This document shows positions 40,482 to 54,267 of a stretch of DNA of 64,000 nucleotides, piece by piece. The position numbers and the translations under genes were made by a program. The notes beneath the pieces were generated by a model. That model had not been told where the DNA came from and searched no databases. It worked only from the letters and a program-made list of their open reading frames with translations. The number at the start of each line of letters is the position of its first letter. The stretch's first letter is position 1. Source of the DNA: Takakia lepidozioides (lineage: Eukaryota; Plantae; Bryophyta); contig CM060732.1 of the NCBI GenBank assembly GCA_030704615.1, forward strand, positions 32,550,001 through 32,614,000, read 5' to 3'.

Positions 40482-41779
40482 AGATATCCACATTCAAAAA
40501 GGATGGAAGTGTGTTGTTTCAGACGCGACAGTGGAACTGCGTGATTTTTCATTATATCTCCAAGCAACAAGTGAAGTTGAAAGGAAGAATTTGTGCCATT
40601 AAATCCAGCAGGAAGTTATGCACTTTTTGTGAGCTGCCCGTGTTAATCATTAGGTCTTAAGTATGACCTTGGACAGCTGCAATGGAGTGGCAGAAAATCC
40701 CTTTTCAGAAAAGTTATTGACAGATCATAAGGAAGCGGAGGCATGAAGAAACCCTTTTGTATGGGATTACTAAGTCTTGCAAAAAGGAAGGATTGAACAG
40801 GATCCTCAAAACATACAGGACGGCTGGACATTGGGAGGGCAACTTTCTTTGGTAGGATTTCAGAGCATCCCAGTGACTCCATACACGCACACAGCTATAT
40901 TTTTATTTCTTAACTTCTATTCACTGGTATCACATTGGTAGTCCGGCTCTGAAAAATGGGAAAAGGTAAAAAAAAGGGCCCATCTCCGAAAGGAGGCAGG
41001 TGCTATCTGGCGATGTGGCTCTTCCATACCCGGGGTTGGGGCGGAGTCCTCTCTCTTGGCTCCCAATGGTATCAATGAGCTCCTCATTGCACTCCATTCA
41101 GACACATTTGTTGGCTCTTCCTTAAGGCATCAATTGTTTTCTCCTGATGTACCTTCCCCACTTAATCCTACCTATCAAGGTAATACCTTCCCTAATAGAT
41201 AGTCATTTACAGTAGACTCTAGATTTTTATCCGCCTGTTGTTACCCATAACTTGGCCGAGTCACTGTATTCAGTTCCCCTCACTTCTATTATTATATCTG
41301 CAGACATTAAAGTTATCCGTTCAGTGACCAGCCCTTCCGCCCCTAATACATCCCCACTAAAAGTTATATCTCTCCTCGGCACTTTGCAGACACATTATCA
41401 AAACCAAAAACGTGTTCTCCTTAAATCAGCGTGGGCCCCGCCCCAGCCTCATGCCCACAGCAGACCCATGATGAAGAAACTTCAACTTGCAGTCCATCTC
41501 ACTTAAAACAGAGTTTATTTGCTACTGTATGGCAGATTCCAATTCCGTGCAACTTCTTAGAACTTGAAGACATTCATGTCCATGTAGTCTCCTAAACAGG
41601 GTAAGCGATTTAACCTCAATGTTTACATAAATCAACAAGACCCCTGAAGACTCGGGTTGTGTCTGATGAAGCCTCTAAGAATCGTTCCAACTAAACCTGG
41701 ACTACTCAAATTACTAACCCCATAGCACTAATTTACACTCCAAACCTTACCAGGCAAGATGTTGCACCTGGGGAGCACA

Positions 41780-44700
41780 TCAAGTGGGCACAAGTGAGTG
41801 TTCCCGTGGAGCACCAAGAGTCCTAGCCACCACCATGGCTAAGGGGATTGCAAGAATAACACATAGAGTACCACCCAATATGAGCTCTAAATAACAGCAC
41901 ATTTGCTCTTCACAAGGCGAACTACTGCATATTGACTCTCTGTGTCCAACTGAGCCTCCCTTGTTCCCTTGCTACCCCTCTGGCTCTCTCTTTTCAATTC
42001 ATCTACTGTCCACCCTGTCATTGAGCCATCGCTTCCATGGCTGAAAGAGCAACACTCCCCAACTCCTCTTGGCTCTCCTCCAAGAAATGGACTGAACAAG
42101 CTCCTCCTTCGTGCAACTGAGGACTGACTAAATTTCTTCTCGCCAGCCTCTAGGCCGGTGACCCCTGTACAGAGTTGCCACTCCTGCCGCTTGAGCATGG
42201 GCTTTTGATGCTCTATACACGAAGAGCACGTTGGTCCAGTTACCACACTTCCCCCAGAACTAATCAATGATCTAGGAGTCAGTCTGTATGTCCCAATGTC
42301 ACCTCCCCTGCTGCTTCTACAGACAGCCTCTGGAGTTCGCGCAAGGTCCATGTCACTGCCAACTGAACAAACCTTCTGGGGGACTGAGGCAGCAGCACGA
42401 CTCTTGCACGGGCTAAATCAGCTGCAGGAACATTTTGAGGACCGGCAAAAGCTTCAAAGAGACCCCTTTGCGTTTGGTCGGGCTCATCCTCACTGCTATC
42501 CTGTGTCCCAAAAGACTCATCTGAAGCAATAGGATTGTCACGCACACTCCATCCTGCCTCACTTGATGTGTCCAGATCCATATCTGTGATATCCCCAGCC
42601 ATTACCTCCCCATCTCACCTATCTTTCTCTCCTGGTCGACCACCATGCCCCTTGAATCAGGACTTGAAATGTCTGACTGCAGTGAGCGAACAAGTCTTCG
42701 TGGCGTTGTAAACGGGAGAAAATCACTCCGGCATGTTGAGAGAGTCTGAGCCAACCAAGACGGCCAAACCCTCTCAGTAGCACAAACTTTGGTCACAAGG
42801 TTTCAGTATTTTTAAAGTCGCCTCTCAAGAAGTTAAGGGCCTAGTTCGGATTCTGTTCCATCAAAATCCATCACAAATATTTTCTGGTCAGGATGGGCTG
42901 GAATCCTGGAGCTTCTCAGGTCACTTCCTCATGACCTTACATTCAACACCATTTTTACTCCACCCTTAGAGAAAAAGGTCACCGAACCAAGACTATGCAC
43001 ATAAATTTGAACAACTTGGCACCAAAATCCATTGCACCCATAAGGAATCTATCTGTGTCCCCCACATAAGATACAAAACCTGCAAATAGAGGATGGAGAG
43101 AAATGTCCTACCTGGGTACCAAAGGCCTCCTCTGTGTTGTTGGGCAAGTGAGTAAATGACTTAGAATGACTGTGCGAAGTTGCATGGCTGTTGGGGCTCC
43201 CTCCTTTGAAGTCCCCCATCCATGCATTTCCCTTGACTCCTATGCGTGGAAAGTCACTCAAACCATTCACAGCAGATTTGTTGGCAACACTCCCACCCTT
43301 TGCAACCTTCCTCTTCATCATCCCATTTGTGCAATTCACACAACTCTTCTTCATGTAAGAGGCATTTTCATGTCCACTTCCATTTGAATGGGAACACTTA
43401 TTTCTTATGCTTCCTTCTGAATCCCCCCCAGTGGCAGTCCGCAAACTATGCACAACAGACTCCGAGCTCTCACTTCTAGTGCTGCCCAAACTCAGCTGAG
43501 GCACAAACAAGCTCAGTCCCTGACCTTCCACTGCTACAGCAGAAATCTTCCTCCATCCCAATGTCAGCTGTTGGGACCCTAAGCAAAATGTCTTCATCCT
43601 CTGCCAATAAATCCCCCTCTGCTTCTACAAATTTTCTCATAGTGGATGCCTCCAGAGGGCTCAAGTGTGATACAAATCTGCCTTTTGAATATTCTTGAGA
43701 GATTGACACAGCAGGTGTGCTCTCCTTCTCTGATCGAACCACTCCCTGATTCTCTGGGGTACCGGCTGCTGACTGGTCGATTCGATTATTAACCGGGTTT
43801 TGAGAAGGCACATTCTCTTTTGCATCTGCTGCAGGATCCAACCAAAAACGATTTTAATTATGATCCACAACTTCAAAATGTATCATAACAGTCACAAAAA
43901 TCTTACCAGAGAATGACATGTACCCATGGGGCTCCTTGTAGACTTGGGGCTACAGACACCAACGAGACTAGGCTCTGTGGCTTTAGACCCTGCATGAGAT
44001 TGAGATTGAGATTGAGATTGGCATCGACATCAAGAGAGAAAGTTTATTATGTCTGTGGGAGGCCCCAAGGACCCAAAGGACAGAGTAGAAGAGAACCATC
44101 CAACTACTTGAGCAACGTGACAAAACAGAACCAAAGAAGTACTCAAATGTGCTGGAGCCTCATACAGGCAGGAGAGATAGACGTACAGCCATGGGCAAGA
44201 GAGCCGCATCCATCAGTGGAGCTGGAGGGTGATGTCGACAGGGGAGTCAACCTGTGCAAGTGGGTATGGCCCCTTGATGGAAAGAGTGGGGCACGCCTCA
44301 CTTTTCCAGCAGCAACATTGCCACGGAGACAAGCAGAAGGAACTTGGGCTGCTTTTGTTGAGTCAGTGGTGGTGGTGGTGGAAGCTGAAGAGGCACCAGC
44401 TTTCCTGCAATCGCAACAGATTTTTAAGAGTTGGAGAAAACTCTAAACACTTGATTTTAAAGCATGCCATAGGACCATAATCATCGATTAACAAAGGGAA
44501 AGGACTTGTACCTGCAATCATTTCCACTATAGGCTGTGAGATGTCCCTAAGAATCTCCTCTGCCAATGCTGCAGGAGTTTCTGGGTCTACCGAGTAGCGA
44601 GCCATCGCAGTGACCACCTTGGCACATGCCTGGTGCATCTGTGGGGAGCTCCCACTTGCTGACAGAGATTTTGTGACAGTAGTAATCACTCGTGGTATGT

Positions 44701-45491
44701 GGGGTATGATGAGCTTGCCATGCACTCGTGCAACTTCTTCATAGAGAGAGATTGCGTAGGAGCGCGACCCACCTGTTTCTCGTGACTCTGATACCTGTAT
44801 GAAAGGTCATTGCAGCTCAGTGATGCTAAAACACCTGCCCGCTGGAAGCCAGCCCAATGCAAGAACTACAGTCTGCACATGACATCTGGCGTAATAATGA
44901 AGAGGGGACACAAGCAAAGAGCTTGAATCAAGTTCATATCACCATTATAAACAGAAGTAAGCAGTGACGGGGAATCCCCCTTGAGATGGAAGCTAAGTAG
45001 TCCGAGTCTTCCAAAATGATTAAGAACCTCTCTTCGCTGGCTTTCAACCTTAAACTTCCATTGTTTCTGTGTTTGAATATTTTGGGGGAAAGTGGAGACG
45101 CAGAGGGTGAGGTGTACTTATGGTTTCTGTTTTGTGGGGCCATGTGAGCCTGTGTGGGGGAGAGAGAGAGAGAGAGAGATCCCAGTTTAAAGCTCCTGCT
45201 CAGAAACTATGCTCGTAGTCGTACTTCAAAGTGAGCCTTATACAAATTTAGAACTAGCAGATAAGAAACACGCAACCCTGCATTTTCCCGCGTCACGTTT
45301 CGTTAATGAGAAAGGGTAAGCGAATGTACCTGGGCCAGAAAGCGGAGCACTAAGCTGGAGTCAAGCTGCTCCACAAACTGTTTGAGGGACGTCAAGGCAA
45401 TGCGCCGACTTTCTCCATCCTTCTCAAGCTTCGCAAGGTCCTGTTTAACCAGCGGACTTAAGTACCGCGCCGCCCCTTCTTCTTCTGTCAT
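41780..45491 (-). pseudogene. SINE1: SINE1/SINE2-like ARM-repeat KASH outer nuclear envelope protein gene, apparently disrupted
   Basis: Exon 45491-45330: LSPLVKQDLAKLEKDGESRRIALTSLKQFVEQLDS...FLAQ. Exon 44794-44512: ISLYEEVARVHG...QACAKVVTAMARY. Later FTTPRRL, and a C-terminal TM segment ending in EHSLVPT* (plant KASH). The second half of the ARM region is not found, and about 4 frame breaks occur downstream. Confidence 0.75.
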
Positions 45492-47392
45492 TTTCTTGAG
45501 TGGCCTTACTTCAGAAATAGCCAATGAGTGAAGAGGCTATGGGGAGGAGACAGTGATACCCAACATGTGTAAGAGTGGGAGAGAGGATAGAGTGGAACAA
45601 GTAAAATGGTCAGGTTCTTCAAAGACCCCGTCACACATGAAACATAGTGGACGCAAACGATGGTGAAGTACGCATATGACACCGCACTTGTCGAAAACAG
45701 AGGTCACATTCCGCCACTACAGGACGGCAAGAGAGTCACGAGTTCAGTCTAGAACCCCATCCCAATACACTCCATTGCTTTGCATAATAACCAACATAAG
45801 GGGAAGAAAGAGAGCCACAGAGCCTCCGCAAACCACTTTCAATCCAACCCAAAAATCTTTGGTGTCTAATGTAGGGCAGTACTTCAGTCCCGACCTTCCA
45901 TGCTAGAAATTTAGCTTAAACCACCTGGGGCATGTCCTTCCCAGTTTGGGTCTTCGTTTCCTCTATGCTTCTGATACCCAGGACATATGCAGAGGACAAC
46001 CGCGGCACCACTAGATGTGTGTGAGCGACTACAAATAAAAACACAGCGTGCAAGGCCCAAAAGCAAACAGCACGCAGATTCTTCAGACAAGAGCAAAGAC
46101 AGGGAAAACCTCTTCAATGTCGGACTGCCAAGAGTCAGGCACGAGAAACAAGCTGACACTGAACCAGAGCACAAAATGCTGAGCAACCGAAGGGGAGAGT
46201 GAAGGCAGACGATTGTCCGTTTACGGGCTTGACTCGGCCATAGCTCGCATGCCAAGGGGAGATGGAAGGAGCGTTTTTTCTTTCATTTAAGAACTTGAGC
46301 CACGTTGGCTCCTGGCTGGCCTATCAGGAAGATCAATTGGCGACTTTGTGGCATGTGATCTCGAACCGGTGGCTACTGTCAAGAATGTGTGATGAGTTTT
46401 ATGCGAACTCAACTCATGTAGTGTTCGGTTTGTGGGAGCCACAAGGGAGGTAATTTTTTCTAAGAAACAACGACAGTGCATATTGCAAAGCCTAGCACAA
46501 CTCTGTCACATGGATACAATCCATTGGCAAATATGAGTAACCTTGTCCAAGATCAGCAACTGTGCTCAAAGCCTCATGTGCCAGGCGGGTAAGCGAAACC
46601 TAAATGAGAGTTCCCTCCATAACTCGACCCCTTGGTGAAAGCGGGAAGAGTTTGAACCCAAGGCTTTGCTCCTTGAGCTAGTAGGGTGGTAGGGTTTTTA
46701 GAAATCGATACGCAAGATCATTTGGATCTAACGAACCCAAATGGCATGTGGCTCTATTCATGTGCGACAGTTGTACAGGTGGCGTCCTCATGGCAGCGGC
46801 ATGATGGCATTAGGGAGGGCAGTAATGCGAAACAGTGCCATATTTTAATCCATAATTCATTTGTAAATTTCGTGAGGCCAATTTCTGGATCGAAAAGTGG
46901 CGAAATTTCGCGCATTAAAAAAAATGCTGGATGGAAGAGAAGACGATCCCCATAGCCGCGCGTGCTGCCCACTATACGTATTCTCTGCCTATTTTACGTA
47001 TTCGTCGTAATCCTGTGGCTCAGACGAATAATACCATTTATTTTTACTTTTATGTTTTTTTAAATGTTTTTTATACCACTTTCATCCGTGAAAAGTCCAT
47101 GAAATTAGTTTAATAATATTTCTGATGTTTTAAAGAATTTAGGAGGAAACGTTGACCTACAAGGGTCTTTTGCCAGGGGTTATGAATGAGAGACGTACAT
47201 TCAGTCAATGAGAGTCATCCACTCAGCGTCAGGAATAGGATCTGCCAAAGAAGGTATGAAAGCATTGGCGAAGGGCATGTGACTAAAAATAGAGATGTAA
47301 GTTATATGGGATAATGCAAACTTGATGGTCTGAATACGTGCTACATAGTGGGCTACTTATTAGGGTATGTGGGTTTGAATTTGAACGTAAGC

Positions 47393-47395
<3 letters not shown>

Positions 47396-47429
<34 letters not shown>
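47396..47429. repeat. (TC)n microsatellite
   Basis: Direct inspection; a shorter (GA)n lies at 45160-45179. Confidence 0.95.
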
Positions 47430-47432
<3 letters not shown>

Positions 47433-48006
47433 TGGTGTTCGTGAGAAATTTGTTTCTGCGTGAGATTGTAATCGAGGTTCGTTGAAGTTTGCCCTGTTCA
47501 CAGTTTCGATCAAGATGTTGGGGGTATTGAGCTTTGTGGTTTGCACCGTTGTTGGTTTTGGGACCCGTTTGCTCGAGCTCAGTCTACATCTATTACATCA
47601 TCCACCGATGGCTGTTTTTTTTTTTTTTTTTTTTCCTGGGTGTCCCATCATTCTGGCGGATCTGCAATGAATTGCCTGAAAATGAGCAGCTGTACTGCAG
47701 GTCCAAAGCTGCCTCCATGCGGCTGCAAGTTCTGCTTGGAGGGGTCTGGACTGCAACCCTTCTGCCTCCATAATGGATTGTTACCCTGAGACCACATAAC
47801 GTTCTCTCCTCCACCCAATACTTATAGGAATGTAAGACCAGTCGATTGATGCGTTAGTGTGGATTGATGAGTGAAATTGGTATTCTCTTAGTGCAATGGA
47901 TAGGCTGAATTCTTATCAACCACCTTCAGTTGCGAGGCATGAGGGAAATAATTACATGAGGTACTTGAAAATAAAAGTGAGGCACTGACTCCTGTTAGTT
48001 ACTGCA

Positions 48007-48216
48007 AGAAAAATTTGGAATACAAGAAGCCCAATAACTTAATGATGGACAAAATCTCTTCAGGTCATTTGATACAATTTCCCAACCTTTGGGTTCTGCA
48101 ACAACTTAGTTTGATAGTTGAATAAAGTCCAATGTGGATTATGGGGTCACGCACCCGACGGGCCTGTTCCAAGCCGATGGGACGGAGGGGGTTTCCAAAG
48201 GTCCTTCAGTTGACAA
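48007..48216 (-). repeat. Dispersed repeat, inverted copy of 35691-35901
   Basis: Reverse-complement match to 35691-35901. Confidence 0.9.
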
Positions 48217-49235
48217 GCACCCCTCTTGAAAAACAATAGTTTGTTCTAGCTACCGACAAATCTTAAGTATGAATGTCACAAACATTATAGCAATGAACAA
48301 GAATTATGTACATAGTTCATGTAGACTAAGAAGATGAGTTGTATTTATATATCTTTGATATGTATTTAGGAAGAACTTGAAAATAGTTCAAAGTATATGG
48401 TTTTAGACCCCAATCTAGAGTTAACTTATTTTAACACTTAATTTTGAATACTTTTAAATATAGTGATTTTGTTTTAAAAAATAATATAATATAATATTCA
48501 GGGCTACAATCCCTTTTTATTTATTTAAAAATAAATAAATATACAATTGTCTCTTTGTTTTTGTAATTGGGTTATGGTGCATACAAGTTTCTAGACAAGT
48601 ACGTATTAAACCACCATTCTACTTGATGTCAGTATAGTTTATATGAAATTTTATTTGTATCATTGACAAATGGATTCCTAGAGAGATATGGCACACAACA
48701 ACATGCATCTCCATAGTTCCTCAATCATCCTTGAGCTCCACATATATCAGATTGAGTTGTATTGTTACTCCACCTGACATCAACTATTGGCCCGCGAATT
48801 TTCGATAGCCACGTCGTAATGACGTTGGCAGCCTTGTCCCCCCAACCTGCCCCCCTCCTCCCTAGGCCCCACACGCTCCTGGGGCACGTGTAGGCCCGCG
48901 CCACCCTCCACGAGCCAAAATGGCAAAAGTTTGGGGCCAAATTGGCAAAACTCCCAAGCCATGGCGCCAACGGGCCCGCCAACACCTCCCCCGCACCCCA
49001 ACCTACCCGCCCAAACCTACACCCCAGGCTTGGGCCAGCTAGCCTCCCTGCGCAGTGTGTGAGTAGCTCGACGAGCTACTCACTATTTTCTCTATGTCAT
49101 TTTGGCTAGTGGCTATGTCATTTTCTTAGTCTCTTGGCTCTAAGTCACTTTGGCGTGTATAGTTGGCTTTGTGTTGGTTGTTAGGGCTTGGAGAGTGCAA
49201 GATTAAGAAGAGTATTTGGCTTGCATGTTTTCTTT

Positions 49236-52200
49236 ATGGCTAGATTGGAGGTACAAAACCCCGACAAATTAGTCTTCAGGGCTGAGGACTTAAAATGGAC
49301 TCCAAATACACGATGGGGAGGAGGGAATATGGCAACTTGTATGATTGCATATATTCCTATGAATCGAGTGGATGACTTCAAAGAAGGAGAGAATCAATAT
49401 CCGCAAGCACCTACGAAATTCTATTTGATCAAGACACGAAAGCAAAAGCCGCCACAAAATGCAACAATTCAAAGTTACATTACACACAAATGGTGTGTTT
49501 TGTTCTTCCATGTTACTTCAAATTATCTCTATATGTTTAGTATGCAATCTTATTTACATTACATTGCATGTAATATCATCTACTACTTTGTTTTGTCACC
49601 TAGTTGTGGACAAAAAATGGTGCTTTCCATAGAAGAAATGTATGTTGTAAGGAAAACTAGGGTTTCCCAAAACAATCTTACGGAAAGAACTTCTTCAGAT
49701 ATAAAATCCATTAGAACATTACATAACCCTTTGATATAAATGGTAGATTTTACTAAATACATATTTGTCAAATTAAAATATAATTTTGTATAATACATAT
49801 TGATGTGATTGAAGTGTAATATCGTATTATAGGTACCATTGTGGATGGGGTCGAGAGGATGATCGTCCCAATCCAAATGAGCCGATTGCTTCACCACCGC
49901 CACCATCTATGACACTTCAAGTGTCAACAACGTCAGGCCGTAAAATCAGGAAAAAAAAGACGAGACAAGGTGGGACGCGGAGAAACGACATGTCGAGGTT
50001 GTTTATGCATGTTTTCAATGAAACGATTATGTTTATATCCTGATGTTGCACAATTGGCTTATTATCATACGCAACACACGGACGCTATGGGTAAACCTTG
50101 TCATGGAAATTCGGATCCAGAATCCATTGATCGTCGTTCTCAATTTGCTCCCTTCATATTGGAAGAATTGAAGGAATGGATAGGGAAAAAACTTGATTGT
50201 GGAACCACTCCTCGTGCAATTTTGGATGAACACAAGCGGCATTGGCAAGAGAAAAACGAGGCAGAAGGTGCATCTACGAGAGACGATTTTCTAAAAATGT
50301 ATGACATTCTGAACATTGCCAAACGAAAGGCATTTGAATCTTATAAACGTCATGGAGATCCAGCTCGAAGCGTGCAAATGTGGGTGTTGGAACATCCCGA
50401 AAAGGTTTTTTTTCTATCAACAACATGACGAATCACCAGGTTTACCTTTCACTCTCGGTATACAAACTCTATATCAGAAAAAAAGAATGTTGGAGTTGGG
50501 GCATGGAGGACTCGTTGCATGTGATGCTACATTTGGGACAAATGACCAAAAATTCCAGTTATTTACCCTCATGGTTTTCGACAAACATTTTAATGGTGTG
50601 CCTGTTGCGTGGATAATAACGAGTCGAGGTGAAGCGGTGGATCTTGTGTATTGGATGACCGCATTACAAGGCCATATGACGGATGCAAATGCTCATTGGT
50701 TGCCGTCATCATTCATCGTTGATGATGCAGATGCAGAGAACAACGCCATAAGGTATTTTCATGTACTACATATTACACTTCTTTGTATTATGCTATTTCT
50801 TTAAAAATGCTAGGATGGTTCTTCATATCAGTATGTCAGTTGTAGCATTTGCATTGACCCTTGGAGACAATTTACAACACATCGCAGTTTCTTAGATGTG
50901 GACTAGACCTCACAGAAAGATTGTTCTTATAGTGGACAACATGTGGGCTAAACCTCACAGAAGGTTGTTCCTGTCATGATGGATCTGGACTAAACCTCAC
51001 CGAAGGTTGTGCCTGTAGTGGATAACATGTGGACTTACCCTTACAGAAGGTTGTTCCTGTCATGGGTTAGTTTCTAACATCTGGACTAAACCTCGCAGAA
51101 GGTTGTTACAGTCATGGGTCAATCATGTGGTCTGAACCTAACGGAAGGTTGTTCCTGTCATGAGTCAATTTGTAGCATATGGACTGAAACCTCACGGAAG
51201 GTTGTGCCTGTCATTGGTCAATTTTGTGAAATGTGGGCCAAACCGCACGGAAGGTTGTTCATGTCATTAGTAAGGTATATGGAGTTAACCACATGAAAGG
51301 TTGTGCATGTCATGGGTCATGTGGGCTAAACCTTGCACAAGGTATACATCTAATCTAAACTTATGTACCAGTTTGTGTTACAATTTTATTTTGCAGAAGT
51401 GTGTGGGGTCCTGGTATGCCTATTTTTCTTTGTCTATGGCATGTTCGAAAGTCTTGGAGGAAAAATGCAATTACCAAGATTACAGACGCGGAAACTCGAA
51501 GTGTGATATTGGAGGGCATTGGGAATATTATGTATATGGCATCAAAGCCCAATGAGTCATCAAGAGACATTGAGGTTAGAGCCAAGGAGGCTATCAACAA
51601 ATTATTTTCCAAATTTCCGTTAGAGAAGGAGTTTCGGAATTATTTTCGCAAAGAATGGTATCTCAAAACAGCAATGTGGGTGACAAGTGCGAGAAAAGTT
51701 CCACATGCAGGACAAGAGACTAATTCTGCTATTGAGGCTTACCATGGGTTCTTAAAGTCTCGACTGTCAGAATCTAAAAAGACTTTGGCCGGTCGAAGGG
51801 TAGATTGGCTTGTCTATGAGCTAGTTGGTGATGTGATGAGACATTATTCATATATGGAGAACATGAAAGCCCATGGATTTGTGAACAATTCTCGAGCATA
51901 ACGTTTCATTGAAAGTGTTATTGTAAGAGCTAAAAGCATACCGGATTCCAGCGTTATATATCCAACAGAAGATGGTGGATGTTTCCAAGTCGAAGTTCGC
52001 AGTATTCCACCAAGTTCTATGTTGTGCATAATGCATTCAGCGAATGGGCATGTTGCACTTGCGATTGGGCAAAGAGGGGTAACATCTGCAAACATCAGAT
52101 AAAAATTGTGCAATTGACAGGTAACACATCAAACCGTCGTATTCTGCAAGCATGTGGGACGGAGTACGGATCGACACGTGGTGGACTTCAGGCATTGTTT

Positions 52201-52688
52201 GAAATCGACAATGACACACAAGAAACAAATTTACCAGTTCTTGAAGGTAAATATGAATTGTGATCATGATCGTTTATGCAAGAAAAAAATCCATTGTACG
52301 TATTATTTGATTATATGTATGTGTATTTGTAGATTTGGTGAACACAGATGGGAGAACACCTCCTCAACCACGAGTTACGACAACAGTATTGGATGGTATG
52401 AAAGAAATCAAAGAGACCATGCATGATATCATTAAAGTTGCAGAAGGAAGTGACGAACAAGTTTTTCATCACACTTTGGCCATGCTCAAGGTTGTTTATG
52501 GTGAGGTTCGATCAATTCGAGCATTAGTGGAGGAAGACATGATCCATCCAGCCCATGCTTTCCGCAAAGTTGACGATGGACGTGATAATTCAACTCGACG
52601 TTTAAAAGATTTTTTAGAGCGTAGTAAGACATGGAAGCGAAGTAATGTGGGTACAAGTCATCATGAAGTGCAAGATGATAGTCCATAG
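49236..52688 (+). pseudogene. MULE DDE transposase with SWIM zinc finger, multi-exon, lightly disrupted
   Basis: VACDATFGTN, FIVDDADAE, LCLWHVRKSW, TNSAIEAYH, CTCDWAKRGNICKH. Frameshift in the T-run near 50410, stop at 51899-51901 and a frameshift near 51980. Confidence 0.92.
50898..51345 (-). repeat. Intronic array of ~10 units containing GAAGGTTGT (ACAACCTTC on the minus strand)
   Basis: GGACTAAACCTCAC.GAAGGTTGT.CCTGT repeated every ~42-55 bp. Confidence 0.9.
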
Positions 52689-52984
52689 AAATATGGGCAA
52701 ATGACATGTATATGTAAAGTGTTTGTTTACACTAGAGATCGCACTTGGGCCTCAACATAGGAGATGCACTGGGATACATACGACATATGGCTTTTGGTCT
52801 CACATTCCAATTACAGCACATGGGCAAAAGACATAGGCTACCCTAGAGGTTGCACTTGGGCCTCGACAGAGGAGATGCATTGGGATACATAGAAGATCTT
52901 GCACTTGGGCTAAAATGTCACTAGACACTCGGGCCAACGGCACAGACTACCCTAGTATGGATTATTTCTATCTAGAATCTGATA

Positions 52985-54030
52985 CAAACAACCTTCCGGA
53001 GGGTAACGTGAATCGATAAGATAACTACTGTTGTATGGCCAGTATGCGATCTAGTGGTATAACCTTCCGGAGAGTACACCACCATATTGGGTGAATTCAT
53101 ACGAACAACCTTCACAAGGGATATCAATGAAACTTGAACAAAAGAGAACAGCCCTCCGGCAGGAACCCATTAATGCAAAGATATTTTGCAATCTGGAATG
53201 TTGCAGGCACAACCTTCCGGAAGGTACACCTCCATGTTCGATAAAATATAGGATCCTTTGGAGAAGAATTCATACAAACAACCTTTCGGAAGGATACCGA
53301 TACAACTTGAATGGAACAGAAGAACATTCCAAAACAACCTTCTGGTAGGTATCTCAATCACTTAATGGAAGCATCAACCCTCCCGAATGAAACTATTGTT
53401 GCATGGTTTATTTTTGAATCGAGAACGGAACCACCTTCCGGCAGGAAACTAATGTGGCATGTGTATTTGGCCATCTGGTAGAATGTTGCAGGAACAACCT
53501 TACAGAAGGTAAATCTTGGGGAAAATGTAAGATTTCTCCCTTGATATACATCCAACCTTCCGGCGGGTAATCCAAAAAGTTGACAGTGAATGGAACAACC
53601 TTCCCGAATGAAACTATTGGTGCATGTTTTTTGGGCAATCTGGAATGCAAGAACAACCTTCCGGACGCTACTCAAAACATTCAAAGTGAACAAAAACAAC
53701 CTTCCGGAAGAAAACAGTTGGTGCAAGGTTTTTTGGCAATCTGGATTATTGCAGGACCAACCTTCCGACGAGTATCCCAAAAACTTGGAAGTGAATGGAA
53801 CAACCCTCCGGAAGGAAAACAATTAACATGAGCATGTTCTTGGGCAGTCTGGATTGCAGGCACAACCTTCCGACATGTAACTCCTAAACTTAAACATGAA
53901 TTGAATAACCTTCGGAACGGATATTATTGGTGCATGTTTTTTTTGGCAATATCTAATTTTGCAGGAACAACCTTCCAACGGGTAACCCAACAACTTGAAA
54001 TGGATAGAACAACCTTTCGGAAGGTTGGGT
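52985..54030 (+). repeat. Intergenic array of ~20 ACAACCTTCCGGAAGG-like motifs with diverged spacers
   Basis: Motif at ~52989, 53060, 53106, 53209, 53278, 53334, 53430, 53494, 53552, 53596, 53653, 53696, 53757, 53800, 53862, 53906, 53967 and 54009. Confidence 0.9.
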
Positions 54031-54267
54031 TATATTTTTGTCCAATGTGTGCAATGCTATGAAGCACCTTCATAGAGGCAATAGATGGGGATTTGTAGAT
54101 GGAACACTATGTTTTGGCCTCTTCAAAAAATATTTTGGAGAAACGTCAACTCTCATAGGCTTCAACAACAAGACTTGTATTCATCATAGTGTAATCCATA
54201 TCACAAAGTATCAATCCATGAACTATAGTTTATATACCATGTCTTGTTGTTGTAATTAAACCATCAA

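Noticed and set aside
52985-54030. CRISPR-like repeat-spacer appearance
   Set aside because: The repeats are short and degenerate, spacers are related to each other, there are no cas genes, and the array is inside a eukaryotic MULE.
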